64,000 nt of DNA, taken from NCBI RefSeq assembly GCF_002105155.1, contig NW_019029013.1, positions 248,001 through 312,000 of the forward strand. Reading direction: 5' to 3'. How positions within the stretch are numbered: position 1 is the first letter of the stretch; each line of letters begins with the position of its first letter. A program made the position numbers and the translations under genes. Of this stretch, positions 11,791 to 23,517 are shown in pieces. This stretch comes from Lobosporangium transversale. Its lineage: Eukaryota. The notes beneath the pieces are model-generated. The model did not search any database. It was not told the origin of the DNA and saw only the letters and a program-made list of their open reading frames with translations.

Positions 11791-12200
11791 TTACGTCCAG
11801 GGAGACTGTCCCTTCTCATCCACAGGGTGAAGATAGAATGGTTGTTGTTGTCTTTCCAGATGGCCACGGATGATATTGCATATGTTGTGCGCCGCCATTA
11901 CGACGAATCTCCGCTTGTTCAACAAATTCTTCACAGGATGGGCACTTCTTGGATGTATAGTATTCATTGACTCCGACAATCACATAGCTAAGCGACCACA
12001 CCTACAAAGAAAAATTGCGCCAGAGAGAGTAACAACAATCTTTTTAAAAAAAAGGAAAAAAAAAAAAAAAAAAAAAAAAGTAGCTTCTATTTACCTTTGC
12101 ACAAGGTAAGATTGAAATGTTCCATGTAGTGAGGAAAGTCTTGTGCTTGACCTGAATCGCCCGACTCTTGCTCCTATAGTGGCGTTTATTGTCTAAAGTC
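11791..12200 (-). pseudogene. Fanzor (eukaryotic TnpB-like RuvC nuclease) C-terminal relic with a spliceosomal intron
   Basis: Exon IGARVGRFRSSTRLSSLHGTFQSYLVQ, GT-AG intron 12002-12094, then VWSLSYVIVGVNEYYTSKKCPSCEEFVEQAEIRR. After a frameshift: MAAHNICNIIRGHLERQQQPFYLHPVDEKGQSPWT*. The E-x-x-T-S-x-x-C-x-x-C and AAxNI motifs are typical of the TnpB/Fanzor C-terminus. Confidence 0.8.
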
Positions 12201-12499
12201 TCTAACACTGCTACGGTGGTGCTAGCTATTTATACTGTTCCTGTAAAAACGTATGATCCATTTTAGAGACAAAAAAAACAATAACAAATTGTCCACGACT
12301 CCAGTTATTAAAAGCGCAACAGATCATGTATCCTCGTTATTAAAAAAAAAGTCTCTTTGACAAAAGTCGGATTGGAGAATGTTGTTTGTTTCGAAAATGC
12401 TTTTTTTTTTTTTTTTTGTTAACAAAACTGTTATTATTATTTACACTATAAATAAAATTACAATGAGGATTAAGTGAAGTATTGAGGATTAAAACTTGA

Positions 12500-14305
12500 T
12501 TAAGCTGGTTCAATAATGGTATGGACTTTGAAGAAATCGACAGCACGTGGATGTATGGTATGAGGATGGCACTCTGTATCCTGATTCAACGAACAGGACG
12601 AAGATGTAGAAGCAAGTGCATGTTGATCACTATTGTTGTTGGTATTAGTGTTATCGTTGCTGGAGCTATGGTTGCTACTTGAAGATGTTGGTGGCGACAA
12701 TAAACCTTGGCATTCAATTGTTTGTCCGTACTCAAGTCTATCCAGTGGGGCAACATAGTAGACGCAAGATGGATGGTGAGGATGAGGATGATCCGGTATG
12801 GTGCGTGCATGGCCCTCTACATCACTGTTGGTCGTCTCTGTAGAATGGGTCGAAGCGCGATCATCCTGATCATTTTCATGTCCGGTATGATGGAAATTTT
12901 GAGTAGGGTCATTTTGATTGCCATTGCCATTGCCGTTATCATTGCCGTTGCTATTGCTATTGCTATCAGGAATCGACTCCACAGCGGATGAGCATGCATT
13001 AAGGACTTGATTATATGAGGGCAGATCCAGGGTATATTTTGGGGGACTCGGCTCTGCGTCATATAATGGTAAGGGTTGCATCGGTTCCTCTGTCAAGAAC
13101 ATGGGTCGATCCACACTTGGTTCACACCAGTCCAGTCCCTCACACGCTCGATTGTCGCATGAAGGCAGTGTCCTAATGACGATTGGGATATCGAAGTTAT
13201 GGCTTTCTGTTTTGAAAAAGAAGCGCTCGTTCCAGATCGATACTTGAACAGAATACGTGATCTTGAGTGCCGCCGAGGATTCTGTGGTAGGGGGTGTAAT
13301 TTTGGGAATCGGCAGTACTAAATTGAACTCGCCCTTTGGGATTGATTTCCGTTCATAATGACAGATAACTTCGTCTTCCTTATACGTCGTTTCGTTGATC
13401 CGGGCCCGAATGTGTCTCGAAAGCGAAAAATGGCAGCGATCAATCGCCGCCGCTGCAGTCAGTTTCACATGGACTCTTCCCCCTGGCGTCAAATCCGGAT
13501 GAGACAATAATAGAGCTGTACCCATTTTGGGACATGATTCCTGAATTGGTCCATGTTCCAGCCCAGGGGTTGAGAGAGGCATAAAATTAATTGGTTTGGC
13601 CTTAGACTGCCATTTGGAGAGTCCATTAGGCCTTCGATAGTAGGCTGTGAGAGTATACTGGTTCTTGAGCCATGGGTGATCAAAAGATGCTGGCAAATTT
13701 TTGTCGGGTAGTTGAATTGTGAAGGGAAAAATGTGATTACCCGCTGGCAACTGTCCCCACTGGTCCTCTGGCAATGGTTCCCGAGAGCCCCATAAAGTCA
13801 TAGCGACACTGAAGAGTCTGCGCATATGGTGATCCAGATGGTCCTGTTGGTTTGATCTTGGGTAGTTTGACTCTCCACGGAAGACAATTTTGAGTGCAGG
13901 TAGAGTCATGGGTTTATCCAAATAGAGATGGACCATTCCATGGATAAGATCACTTGGATAGAAGATCGGGTTTGAACTTTTGCAGTCGCCGTTATTCGCA
14001 ATCTCTACCTTGAACAGCTTGGGCATGGGCCTAGAAGTAACAGCCAGAGTGCTATGCTGCTCGGGATGAGATGGTGGGGTAGGGCTGGAACTAGATGTAG
14101 CGTGGGTGACACTTGCGGTTGGAGTATTCGCTTGGGTCATGTTATGGGAATGGGCGCTACTACTCCTTCGGTGGCGTCGAATGAATGTACTTGCAAAGGA
14201 TGAGTCTGGTGTATGTGATTGTGTCTGAGCAAGGGCATGTGTATGTGGATGGGGCATTTGCGACTCTTGGGGTGTGAATGCGAAAGGCGATACAGGATCT
14301 GACAT
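12500..14305 (-). CDS. Alpha-arrestin (arrestin N/C domains with PY-like motifs)
   Basis: Single 601-aa ORF with IHGMVHLYL..., LPAGNHIFPFTIQLPDKNLPASF and LKITYSVQV..FDIPIVI. C-terminal LPLY, PPKY and LPSY motifs. Confidence 0.85.
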   Translation of the reverse strand: MSDPVSPFAFTPQESQMPHPHTHALAQTQSHTPDSSFASTFIRRHRRSSSAHSHNMTQANTPTASVTHATSSSSPTPPSHPEQHSTLAVTSRPMPKLFKVEIANNGDCKSSNPIFYPSDLIHGMVHLYLDKPMTLPALKIVFRGESNYPRSNQQDHLDHHMRRLFSVAMTLWGSREPLPEDQWGQLPAGNHIFPFTIQLPDKNLPASFDHPWLKNQYTLTAYYRRPNGLSKWQSKAKPINFMPLSTPGLEHGPIQESCPKMGTALLLSHPDLTPGGRVHVKLTAAAAIDRCHFSLSRHIRARINETTYKEDEVICHYERKSIPKGEFNLVLPIPKITPPTTESSAALKITYSVQVSIWNERFFFKTESHNFDIPIVIRTLPSCDNRACEGLDWCEPSVDRPMFLTEEPMQPLPLYDAEPSPPKYTLDLPSYNQVLNACSSAVESIPDSNSNSNGNDNGNGNGNQNDPTQNFHHTGHENDQDDRASTHSTETTNSDVEGHARTIPDHPHPHHPSCVYYVAPLDRLEYGQTIECQGLLSPPTSSSSNHSSSNDNTNTNNNSDQHALASTSSSCSLNQDTECHPHTIHPRAVDFFKVHTIIEPA

Positions 14306-16112
14306 GTTTATTTATATTAATGTGTAGTTGCAAATTAAGTCGATATCATTAACTTCCTTGTTCTGAAAGAGTGTTGTTGAGCAAGGGGAAAGAGAGGCTG
14401 TAGCGTGAGAAAGATTTGGATCTTTTACTGAGTAGTATAATATATACGTTGATGAGTTCGATGAAAGAAAGCAAATAAAGTAAAGGAAGTAAAGAAAGCA
14501 AAGAGAAAGGAAAGGGAAAAAGAAAATTACAAGGAAGAATAAAAAAGAGAAAAAAAGAAAGAGTGGAACAAGCTGCTTGTTTGATTTTCTTTAAGTTTCG
14601 GTTAAAGAATGAATGGGTGAATTAGACACTAAACACACAACGCACAAGAGTGACATCAGGGCAAAATGAACACAAACAATGAAGGATTGAATCTCCTCTG
14701 TGCAGAATGGGCGTTGAAATCATTGGTAGAAACTACGACATAAAAGATCGAGGGCCCGACACTCCACCCAAAAGGAGCACCTTACTCCATGTGTTAGATA
14801 AACAGTTTCTCCCTGGAAAAAATGTCTTAATTCATCTTCCGTCTCCTTTCCCTGTCTTAGATGGATAGTATATATATATGTATCCTGAAGGATGAAACGC
14901 CATCACGATCCAAAGTTTCTTTGGCAATAATAGTAACGACAGTGCAATGAAAAGAATGAGAGAATTAGGAAGAATGTGAATGTGTTACCATTATTATCAT
15001 GATCATATCAAGACGAGATGAAAAGTACAAATATATTTGTGTGCAAATTCATGTGTATACTGTATGTTTTTGTGGCTCTCGAGTCAGAGATGATTCGTTC
15101 AAAGGGATCCACAAAAAGGAAAGAAAGGAACGTTGCAGAGAGAATTGAGCGGAATAACAATGAAGAAAGAAAAAAAGAAAGCATCAAATGACACAAAACA
15201 CACGCACAAACACAAAAAAGAAGAGTGGAGAGAGGTGCATTGAAATGTGACTGAGCTAAACTAACAAATCAAATCATGGAGATGACTGGGAACGTGCATG
15301 AAATAAATCTTCTACATCCAGAGTACACGATGGAAAAAACGAGGGATAGCAACATTTATAGTGCCTCTTGGTCAGGCAAAAGAACAGGAAACATCAATGT
15401 GAAATGTGGAGTAGTAGCATTAATGATGTAGAATGATATACGTACATTAAACAAAGCTGAACTGAGGAAAAAAGGATTGGTTGTACATGTAGACAAACAA
15501 GAAGTACATGCAAGAGTTGGGAATGGCGGGGAAAAAAGTTCTGCTGGAGTAAATAGGATGTGTACAAATGTGGCAGTCAAGCCAATGTTTATATCCTATG
15601 ACTTAAACAAGTCCACCCTATTGTTTACATCCAACATTTCCCAGGGGCAAGATATCCACAAAGAACCCCTTACTCGAAAGAAACTTGCGACTTTGTTTTA
15701 CTTCTCTGATCATGTTCTGTGAAACGTTTTTAATGAAGGCATTAGTCATTATATATTTATAACGTTTACTTTGTACTTCTTTTCCTTACAGCAGTAATAA
15801 CTCATAATCTAACTCAAAGGTACATACATAAATAAAAGTAGTAATAAAAAAAGAATAAAAGCGCAAAAGGGTATACCATTGGAAGAATAATCTGTGTAAA
15901 AAGTAAAAAAAAAAGTAAAAAAAAAGTAAAAAATAAAAAATAAAGAGTGAGTATAGACACTTTGTTGATAAAAGTACAAGGGCGACCATGAAAGTAATAA
16001 TGATACTAGTAATCATAATCAGGATATGTGTTTAAAAAAAAAAAAAAAAAAAAAAAAATTCGTTAGAAATATAAAAGAGAAATAAAAAAAATTAAAAAAT
16101 AAAAATCCCTTG

Positions 16113-18788
16113 TTATTTTTCTGCGTCTTCGCTTGTTTTTTGCAGTGGTGAAGCTGGTCTGGCTGGTGGGGATGGTGTAGAGGCACAGAGGTCATCGGTA
16201 GACGACATAACAATGAACCGACTTGACTTGGTAGGGCTAGCTGGCAGTGTTCTTTCAACTGTAAACATTCGTCCTGTCGCGCTCTTCTTGACCACGACAA
16301 TATCACTGGCCTGCGATGTCGAGGATAATGATGATGAGAAACTGGAGCTGCAGTTGTATGATGATGACATGGGCCCTAGTGTGTTCTCCGACATGTATCT
16401 GATTGGAGTACCACTACGATGCGGATGATGATGATGATCTGCACTCGATACAGAGCCATGGCTTCTTCTTGTGGGTCGCTCATTCCACGAAAATCCTTGT
16501 GGTGGACCATTCAACAAGGGCTGCTCGTGCAACTGCTGGTGACCATGAATGGATGGCTTTTGGAACGTGTTGCGCATATCCACATTAGTGGTAGAAAGGG
16601 ACCTTTGCCGAAAATATCCTATTTCTGCTGAGTAATCGCGATCATAAACCTGGCGCCCAAATTGTTGATTCAAAATGACCGCTCCTGTTTCTACTCCTAT
16701 TCCAGCACCTCCTCGGCCGTTATTATTAAGACCACTATTCAGGCCAGAAGCACTGCTGCTAGTTGTCATCGGAGCATGACATTCCGCTGGGCTGTCGATC
16801 GAATCTTGTCTTGGATGGACTCGATTCATGGTTTGGTGGGCTGCCTGTGGCCCTGCTTGAGCATTGGCACCCTCATATATTCCAGATGATGATGGTGACG
16901 ATGATAGCACTGATGTTGCTGGAACAGAGGTATCTTCATCCAACGGATGAACCGTAGGCGTCTCCATATGAAACACTTGGCTGTCATGGCTATCCTGACC
17001 TCCATCTGCCTTGTCCCCACCATTTACGATTTGGATCGACAGATTCCTAAAATTGTTACTATTGGTAGCGCCACCGTTGTTATTGATTGTAGAACGTCTT
17101 GAAGACAAATTCTGGTGGTGTATCAGAGGCGAGGCATTCGAGACAGGGCCCGTGGATGTGATTGACGAAAACGATGCATAATGGAGGGAGGATGCAGACG
17201 CTGGTGGTGGAATAATCACCTGTGATCGCCTGGACGAAGTACTAGCTGAGGACTGGACTGAAGAGCTAGAGTGTGTCCTTTGATGATTAGGTTTACTTGC
17301 CAGAGGGATTGAGATTGGAGTGGTCGTGCTGCTGTTGCTATTGCTGTTGCTGTTGCTCGAGAACTGGTCATAAGCATACTGATGACCTGTGACATGAGTA
17401 GCGGTAGGTGAAGAAGGTGATGGAGGGACAGCCGTATGTATTGAGCGCGGAGTGGAAAAGGAAGACAAGTGACCGTTATTTGTGGATGGAGATGAAGGAG
17501 TGGGCAAAGGGACTGAGAGGGCTGGAGGGGGTGTTGTAATGGATAATAATGGCCTCTCAGAGGATGTTTGACTCGTCGATAAGTGCTGCTGATGTTGTGC
17601 AAGGATCTGTGGAGCTGATGCAGCCGTACAGCTCAATGTCCTGGTTCTAAATGGGTTCGGTGCTGTAGAGGATGACTCGATAGTGAAACGACCACGGGTA
17701 GTCTTCGTAGTTGTGCCTGGTGGAGGATAGGATTCTGTTGAAGACGAAGGTAGGTGTTCAGGGACTGTAAGGGTTTTTGTTGACTTGGAAGCAAACATGG
17801 TTGAGTCCAGTGAATGCTGACGGACATTGCGGGATGTTTCCTTTGGTGGCACAATCGAGGATGAAATCACGGCTGATGATAGTGCCTTGGGTCTGTTTTG
17901 GTGAAATAGTTCATGTGCATCGTCTCCAAGGGCTAGTTCACACGCTGAACCGCGTCGCGTCATTGTCGGGGAATTTGTGGTCTTGGGCGAAGCATTATCG
18001 TTGACTTTGGATCTTGGATTGAGGTTAGAAGACGAAAGAGCGGTCTTGATCTTGTGTACGCCTCGCCTCTCATCCTTCTTGTCCCTCACTACTGATGCAT
18101 CAGAATCAGCAAAGACAGATCGAAGGGGCATGGCACGGTCCTGAAAAGTGACCCTGGGAAGGGTAGCATAATGGGGTGGGATATTCGTGTCTGAACGGGA
18201 CAGACGGGAAAGGACATTCTCCAGCCAAACAGAAGGGAGCATGGGTTGATGATGTTCATTCTGGTCTGAATTCTCCATTACATTACGACCAATATGTGGG
18301 CTTGATCCTATTAATGGTGTCATCTTGTCAACAGATTGCTGCTTGGCAGAAGACGATGGTGTACTAGACGGCTTTTGAAAGTTTATCGTCCAACTGGCAG
18401 GTAGAATAGACCGACGCTGTTGTTCCTTGGGTCGGATAGTCTCGAGTGAGAGAGCAGCATCACTGGCCAACTTGTGATGATCTCTTCCTGGCTTGTGAGC
18501 AGCCAGCAGCTGGCCTAAAATTGACTGACCAATGCGGCTGCCATTCTTACGTGGGATGCTCAATGTGGTGCCAACGGGTAAGGAAAGAGTGCTGTCGTGA
18601 ACATGCTGTTTGTTAGGCGTTTTGATCGTGAAAGAGGCAGCTAAAGCCGACAGAGGCGAGGGTGGTGGGGGAAGAGTCGGCACCAGTAAGGGCGAGGTAG
18701 AGGGTGTAGGATATGGATGGGAGAGATCGTTCAAGGTTGCTGATGAAGATGTTGCAGACGGATTTGTTGAAAACTTTGTGCGGGGCAT
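16113..18788 (-). CDS. Ser/Pro-rich, largely disordered hypothetical protein (~890 aa)
   Basis: Long uninterrupted ORF; first ATG at 18786-18788 (MPRTKFS). No recognisable domain; contains RFxV/I-like and RVxF linear motifs. Confidence 0.8.
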   Translation of the reverse strand: MPRTKFSTNPSATSSSATLNDLSHPYPTPSTSPLLVPTLPPPPSPLSALAASFTIKTPNKQHVHDSTLSLPVGTTLSIPRKNGSRIGQSILGQLLAAHKPGRDHHKLASDAALSLETIRPKEQQRRSILPASWTINFQKPSSTPSSSAKQQSVDKMTPLIGSSPHIGRNVMENSDQNEHHQPMLPSVWLENVLSRLSRSDTNIPPHYATLPRVTFQDRAMPLRSVFADSDASVVRDKKDERRGVHKIKTALSSSNLNPRSKVNDNASPKTTNSPTMTRRGSACELALGDDAHELFHQNRPKALSSAVISSSIVPPKETSRNVRQHSLDSTMFASKSTKTLTVPEHLPSSSTESYPPPGTTTKTTRGRFTIESSSTAPNPFRTRTLSCTAASAPQILAQHQQHLSTSQTSSERPLLSITTPPPALSVPLPTPSSPSTNNGHLSSFSTPRSIHTAVPPSPSSPTATHVTGHQYAYDQFSSNSNSNSNSSTTTPISIPLASKPNHQRTHSSSSVQSSASTSSRRSQVIIPPPASASSLHYASFSSITSTGPVSNASPLIHHQNLSSRRSTINNNGGATNSNNFRNLSIQIVNGGDKADGGQDSHDSQVFHMETPTVHPLDEDTSVPATSVLSSSPSSSGIYEGANAQAGPQAAHQTMNRVHPRQDSIDSPAECHAPMTTSSSASGLNSGLNNNGRGGAGIGVETGAVILNQQFGRQVYDRDYSAEIGYFRQRSLSTTNVDMRNTFQKPSIHGHQQLHEQPLLNGPPQGFSWNERPTRRSHGSVSSADHHHHPHRSGTPIRYMSENTLGPMSSSYNCSSSFSSSLSSTSQASDIVVVKKSATGRMFTVERTLPASPTKSSRFIVMSSTDDLCASTPSPPARPASPLQKTSEDAEK

Positions 18789-21417
18789 GGCGTGGAGTAA
18801 AAGGCGCGAAAAGAAACTAGGACACACACCATAATCTCTTTTTTCTTTTTCTATTGATGTCTTTACAACGATCTATAAAAGATGTCAAAGAGTTAACACA
18901 AAGAGTGTATAAATTAAAAAATAAATAATATTATTATTAATATGTGCCAGCGATACGAGAAGTCAGGTACGAAAGGATGTAATTGGATGGAAGGATTGAG
19001 AACAAAGTAAAAGAGAGAAGAGGGGCTAGGAGATGAAAACAGAAGCAGCAGGACACTACAATTGATGTCGTTCCCCTTGGTTCCTTTTGATCGGCTATGC
19101 GGTTAGACCTAAGACTACCCAGTTGAGAAAAAGGGGAAAAAGGAAGGTTCTCTTTTCAATCAGGACTGGAAAGAGGAGCCGTTTGACGCGACTAGGTGGG
19201 CAGTCGCAGACTCTGGCAAGGAACGGACGTGAGTTTGCACTGATGGCAGGGGTGGAGGCGAAATTTGAGAATTAATGAAAGCACCCATATAAAACCAAGT
19301 CGAATTCAGTGTTGCCTTCTTGGAAGTGATCGGGGTTTAATAATAACGCCGTCGAGCGAGCAGATAAGTTGTTTCAAGGCAGGTTGCTACAGCTCGAGGA
19401 CGTATGAACAAGAGGCTGATGTGAATCTGTATTGTGTCTTCCTGTTTCCTTCCCAACACCCTGCGGTTTTGATTGCCTTTAAGTCAATAATATAAGGACG
19501 GTGGCCGAAAATAGAGGAGAGTGTACAAAGGTGCAGTTTGGAAAATGCGTGTAATTAAGGATGTGGACAAAGCTGAAGAGAAAGGGAGTCTAAACAACAA
19601 GGGTGTGGACATATGCATTCAAGGGAGAGAAGAGAAAAGAGAAGACAGAGTTGAGCGTGAGTAAAAAAAGAGTCCTACTGTCCATCATGTCGCCTTGCAG
19701 CAGACCTTTGGACCTACAGCGGACCCACTTTGTTTACCTTTTATGATTGCCTGTAATGGCAGCGATGACTTGTTGGTATAAGTGTTATCAGAATGCTTAT
19801 TGCTTAGCTGACAAGCGATGGAGTAGGCTGCAGCTCTTCTTTTTTTTCCATTAAATATGAATGTTAGGTAGCTCGAATGGAAGGGAATGAAGGAGTACAA
19901 AGATAGATGCAGAAAGAAAAGAAAGAGGAAAGGGAGAGAGCGAGAGGATGGGATCCAAATACAACAATCGCTCTCAACTTTCTTTTACCAAGCCATTGGC
20001 CATATGAGTGAGATAGCATGCAGGAGCTATGATACCATCACACCCCAATGCAGGCAGAAGGAGGGTATCACAGAAAGTTGTTGTCCGCTTTGATTCTGTC
20101 TTCCCTTGTCTCCTCTCAAATGTGTTGGAGAATAAGAAGTAAAATCTCGATTGATTTTAATACCTTCGTTGCTCATCTACCTTTGAGCTTCTCTTCCCTC
20201 TTCTTCATTCTCTTCCGTTCTTTCTTTGTTAAATGATGACGAATGAATGGTGAGTATCTATTAACCTGATAAGCTAATGAGTTGGGGTAAAGATGCAGAT
20301 GAGGATGAATGTTGCCACGCTGTCGCACAAAAAAAAAAAAAAAAAAAAAAAACTAGAAGAAAGACTATCAACAAACTGATATAATAAATACCAATTGCAT
20401 AAAGCACCAAGTGTTGTGTTTTGCAATAAGTAAGAAAGTAAGATTAGGCCTTTTTTTTCGTGTTCGACAGGGTTGTTTGTGTGGATGGCTTTCCTCATGC
20501 TCCTTGTCCTTTCGAAATTCCTTTTTGTTTGGGCATGCTCCTCATTGCTTGGACACATGACGGTGTACCAACAACCATGATATGTTTCTGGCAGAATAGG
20601 AAGCAAGAAAAGAAAAAAAAAATAGATCTACTGTACCAAAGGCTAAAAGTCTGCCCTTAGCCTACACGCTCCTTTTTTTTGTACCCGCCACTTGCTTTGC
20701 ATTACGTTTCTGTCTCCCATTTCACCTTCCAGGGGTGTCTAGTCCGTTGATTTTCCAGCTTCCCATGGTAGTCGGAGAAGGATGTGTACCATCCTTTGGA
20801 TACCATGTGTCACTCACAGGAACAAGCAAGACAACCATTATTTTCAATGGCAATGACGACTTTAGATCTAATTTTGTGGTCAAGTTTCACGCTACATTTA
20901 TTTTTTTTTAGTTCATATGCCTCTAATGCCATGTTTTGTCTATTGATCATCTTAAATGTTTAATTACCTTGTCATGAGTCCTTATATGAGAGCATCCATT
21001 TATTCAAAAAAAAGTATCATTAAAAGAAATAAATATCATTTATGACAACGGAAATAGGCTGCAAAAAGGGGAGTCGGGAGGTTTACATTTTGACAATCCC
21101 ACAGCTTATTTTTAGTGTCCATTTTAAGTAGTACAACCATTCGAGAGCAAATCACTTAACATGCGATTGAAGAAAATAAAGGCGGGGCTGGCTGACAAAA
21201 ACCAAAATTTGTAAAATGGGTTACAAATTCATGGATGAAAATGATGCGATATTAGAAAGATCAAATGAAAGTGTTGTATATGATGATGCTACTCTGTTGT
21301 TTGTCTATAGTCTATTAGTCTAATCATTAATCTATTGATGATCTCTGTTTTTATCTTCAGATTTTAGGTGTCTTCAATGTTCCTGCAAAGCTTTTTTTTT
21401 TTTTTTTTTTTTTCATT

Positions 21418-23517
21418 TTACCACAGTTTGAGGTTCTTCCTTGTTTCTCGCAGTAATTTCCAAGGCTCAGAATGTCGGATCAATTGGCGACACCACAGAC
21501 GTGTTAGATTAGGAGTATGATCTACAAGCCATCGCACATCATCCAAGTTCACTTCCCTTGTAAGTTCATCTACAAAAAGACTTTCTAGCTGATTACCCAA
21601 CCCACTCAGCACAGACAATTCCAATTGACTGCCTCCAATATGAAGCACCTTGAGTTGCTTTAGTTCGCTCAGACGAGCGTTCAGGAATCTTGCTTGTCTT
21701 AAGTTGAGAAAGTTGAGGCTCTTAATTCGGAGTGTCTCAAGCGTCGAGTAGCACGCCCACGGCAAGGATGATACATCATCCACAGCATCAACCTCTGACA
21801 AAGAATTGTGTAGTTCTTCTTCGTCATTTGTCTCCAGTCCATGAGGAAAGAGACTCTCTGGCAGGAGCTCTGGTTGCTGGGCTTCTAGATCCTTCAGTCT
21901 AGCACAGGTCATTAAGACATGGCGGACGCCCTGACCTGTCAATTCAGTGCAATTCACAATTGACAATGAGCAGAGGCTGTAATTTTGATAAGGAGCAAGG
22001 ACCTCATTGCTCTCTGTGGAAGGTGGATAGGATAACATATCACGGACCCCCTGATCGGTAATTTGCCGACATCCCTGCATGTCAAGCTCCATTAATTTGA
22101 AGCACTGATGTCCCAAGGCGCCCAAAGTTGCATCGTCTATGTTTGTATCAGAAATATCGAGTGTCAAGAGGTTTGGCGAAGCTTTGAAGATTTCCTTGAA
22201 AGCCTGACCATCCAAAAAATGACATTTAGATAATACGAGGCTTGACATGGCAGTCATAATCAGAGTGGGCTCTAGATGGAATCCGGTGAGGTATAAAGGC
22301 GATGCTGTCTGTCCAAGGTTGAGCTTGATAAGATGAGGCGATCGAGCAAAGAGAACAGAAAGAGTATTTCCCGAGACGGCAGTACCATGAAGATTGATAT
22401 CCGTCAGGTGTTGCATTATGGTCCATTGTTGTGGAATGTAGTCTACTGTAGCCTTCTTTACGTCCACAATGGCTTCTAATTCTGGAACTGTTTCTGTTCC
22501 TGTCTCTATACTGCCATCCTCAGATGCATCTGAAGTATATCCGGAGTCTAGAGTCGCATCTGCTTCTCTCGTCAATGGTACAGACAAGTTGATGGTTTGA
22601 ATCGTCCTTAGATAGGGGCATGCATTCATGAGTGTAGGCAGTTCATCTGCTGTAGTATATTCCTCAATGTTTCGAGAGTCATTGGGACTGCTTTGCGACG
22701 GCGAAGCCGAGTCGAGTTCTGACTCCGACAGCTCGTGGAATAGCATTGCGGAGGTTAAAGGAGAAATAATGGATCCTGATGATGATGATGATGATGATGG
22801 CGGTGATAAGGAAGAGGTTGAAGTTGAAACACCGCTGTATTGCTGAAGACAACGGTGGTGGGGATGAACATCATCATCCTGGTCAGCCATAGCCAAACTG
22901 AAATGCCTCAGATTAACAAGAACACCAGCTGCTTTTAATAGATCGCCTCGGACGTCTCGGATATTGTGTAGTTGTAATGCCGACAATCCTTCAATAGAGG
23001 ATTGTATAATGTAGGTGAGTGTAGTTTCATCGAGCTCACCAGCTCCACCGTTGAGTAGAAGGCTGTGTAGATTCAATTTTGATAGATCAGTTGAGGACAT
23101 CAGCAATTCAGAAGCAATGGGAGCTTTTGCTGATGTTGGATCAGATGAATGAATCCATTCGAGTTGCCGAATGTACAAACTCAATCTTGGGAAAGCATTT
23201 ACCATCTCGATGCCATTGAGCGTTCCTGCTTCCACTCGGATTCTTCTCCAAAGATGCCTGATCCAATTCGCATACCACAGTCGACAGACCCTAACAACAA
23301 CCGTAAGAGTGTTCTTGTCCAGATGACCTGCAATAAGATCACATACTTCTGGCAAGTCAAAGATGCTTCTGAACCTCTGATAGTGATAGTGCTGGCGGTC
23401 CTGCTGCTGTTGTTGTAGATGGTTTTTCCTCTTAAGGTTGGAGATCTCTACTGTTGTTACTGCAGGATGACAGTTGGCTTTCTTAACCAAGTCTTCAGGG
23501 CACACTAAAGCAGGCAT
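21418..23517 (-). CDS. F-box / RNI-like leucine-rich repeat protein
   Basis: F-box-like IFDLPEVCDLIAGHL...VRVCRLW followed by LRR-CC repeats (LxxLDISxTxIDD, LxELDMQGCRQITDQG, LSIVNCTELTGQG). Confidence 0.88.
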   Translation of the reverse strand: MPALVCPEDLVKKANCHPAVTTVEISNLKRKNHLQQQQQDRQHYHYQRFRSIFDLPEVCDLIAGHLDKNTLTVVVRVCRLWYANWIRHLWRRIRVEAGTLNGIEMVNAFPRLSLYIRQLEWIHSSDPTSAKAPIASELLMSSTDLSKLNLHSLLLNGGAGELDETTLTYIIQSSIEGLSALQLHNIRDVRGDLLKAAGVLVNLRHFSLAMADQDDDVHPHHRCLQQYSGVSTSTSSLSPPSSSSSSSGSIISPLTSAMLFHELSESELDSASPSQSSPNDSRNIEEYTTADELPTLMNACPYLRTIQTINLSVPLTREADATLDSGYTSDASEDGSIETGTETVPELEAIVDVKKATVDYIPQQWTIMQHLTDINLHGTAVSGNTLSVLFARSPHLIKLNLGQTASPLYLTGFHLEPTLIMTAMSSLVLSKCHFLDGQAFKEIFKASPNLLTLDISDTNIDDATLGALGHQCFKLMELDMQGCRQITDQGVRDMLSYPPSTESNEVLAPYQNYSLCSLSIVNCTELTGQGVRHVLMTCARLKDLEAQQPELLPESLFPHGLETNDEEELHNSLSEVDAVDDVSSLPWACYSTLETLRIKSLNFLNLRQARFLNARLSELKQLKVLHIGGSQLELSVLSGLGNQLESLFVDELTREVNLDDVRWLVDHTPNLTRLWCRQLIRHSEPWKLLRETRKNLKLW

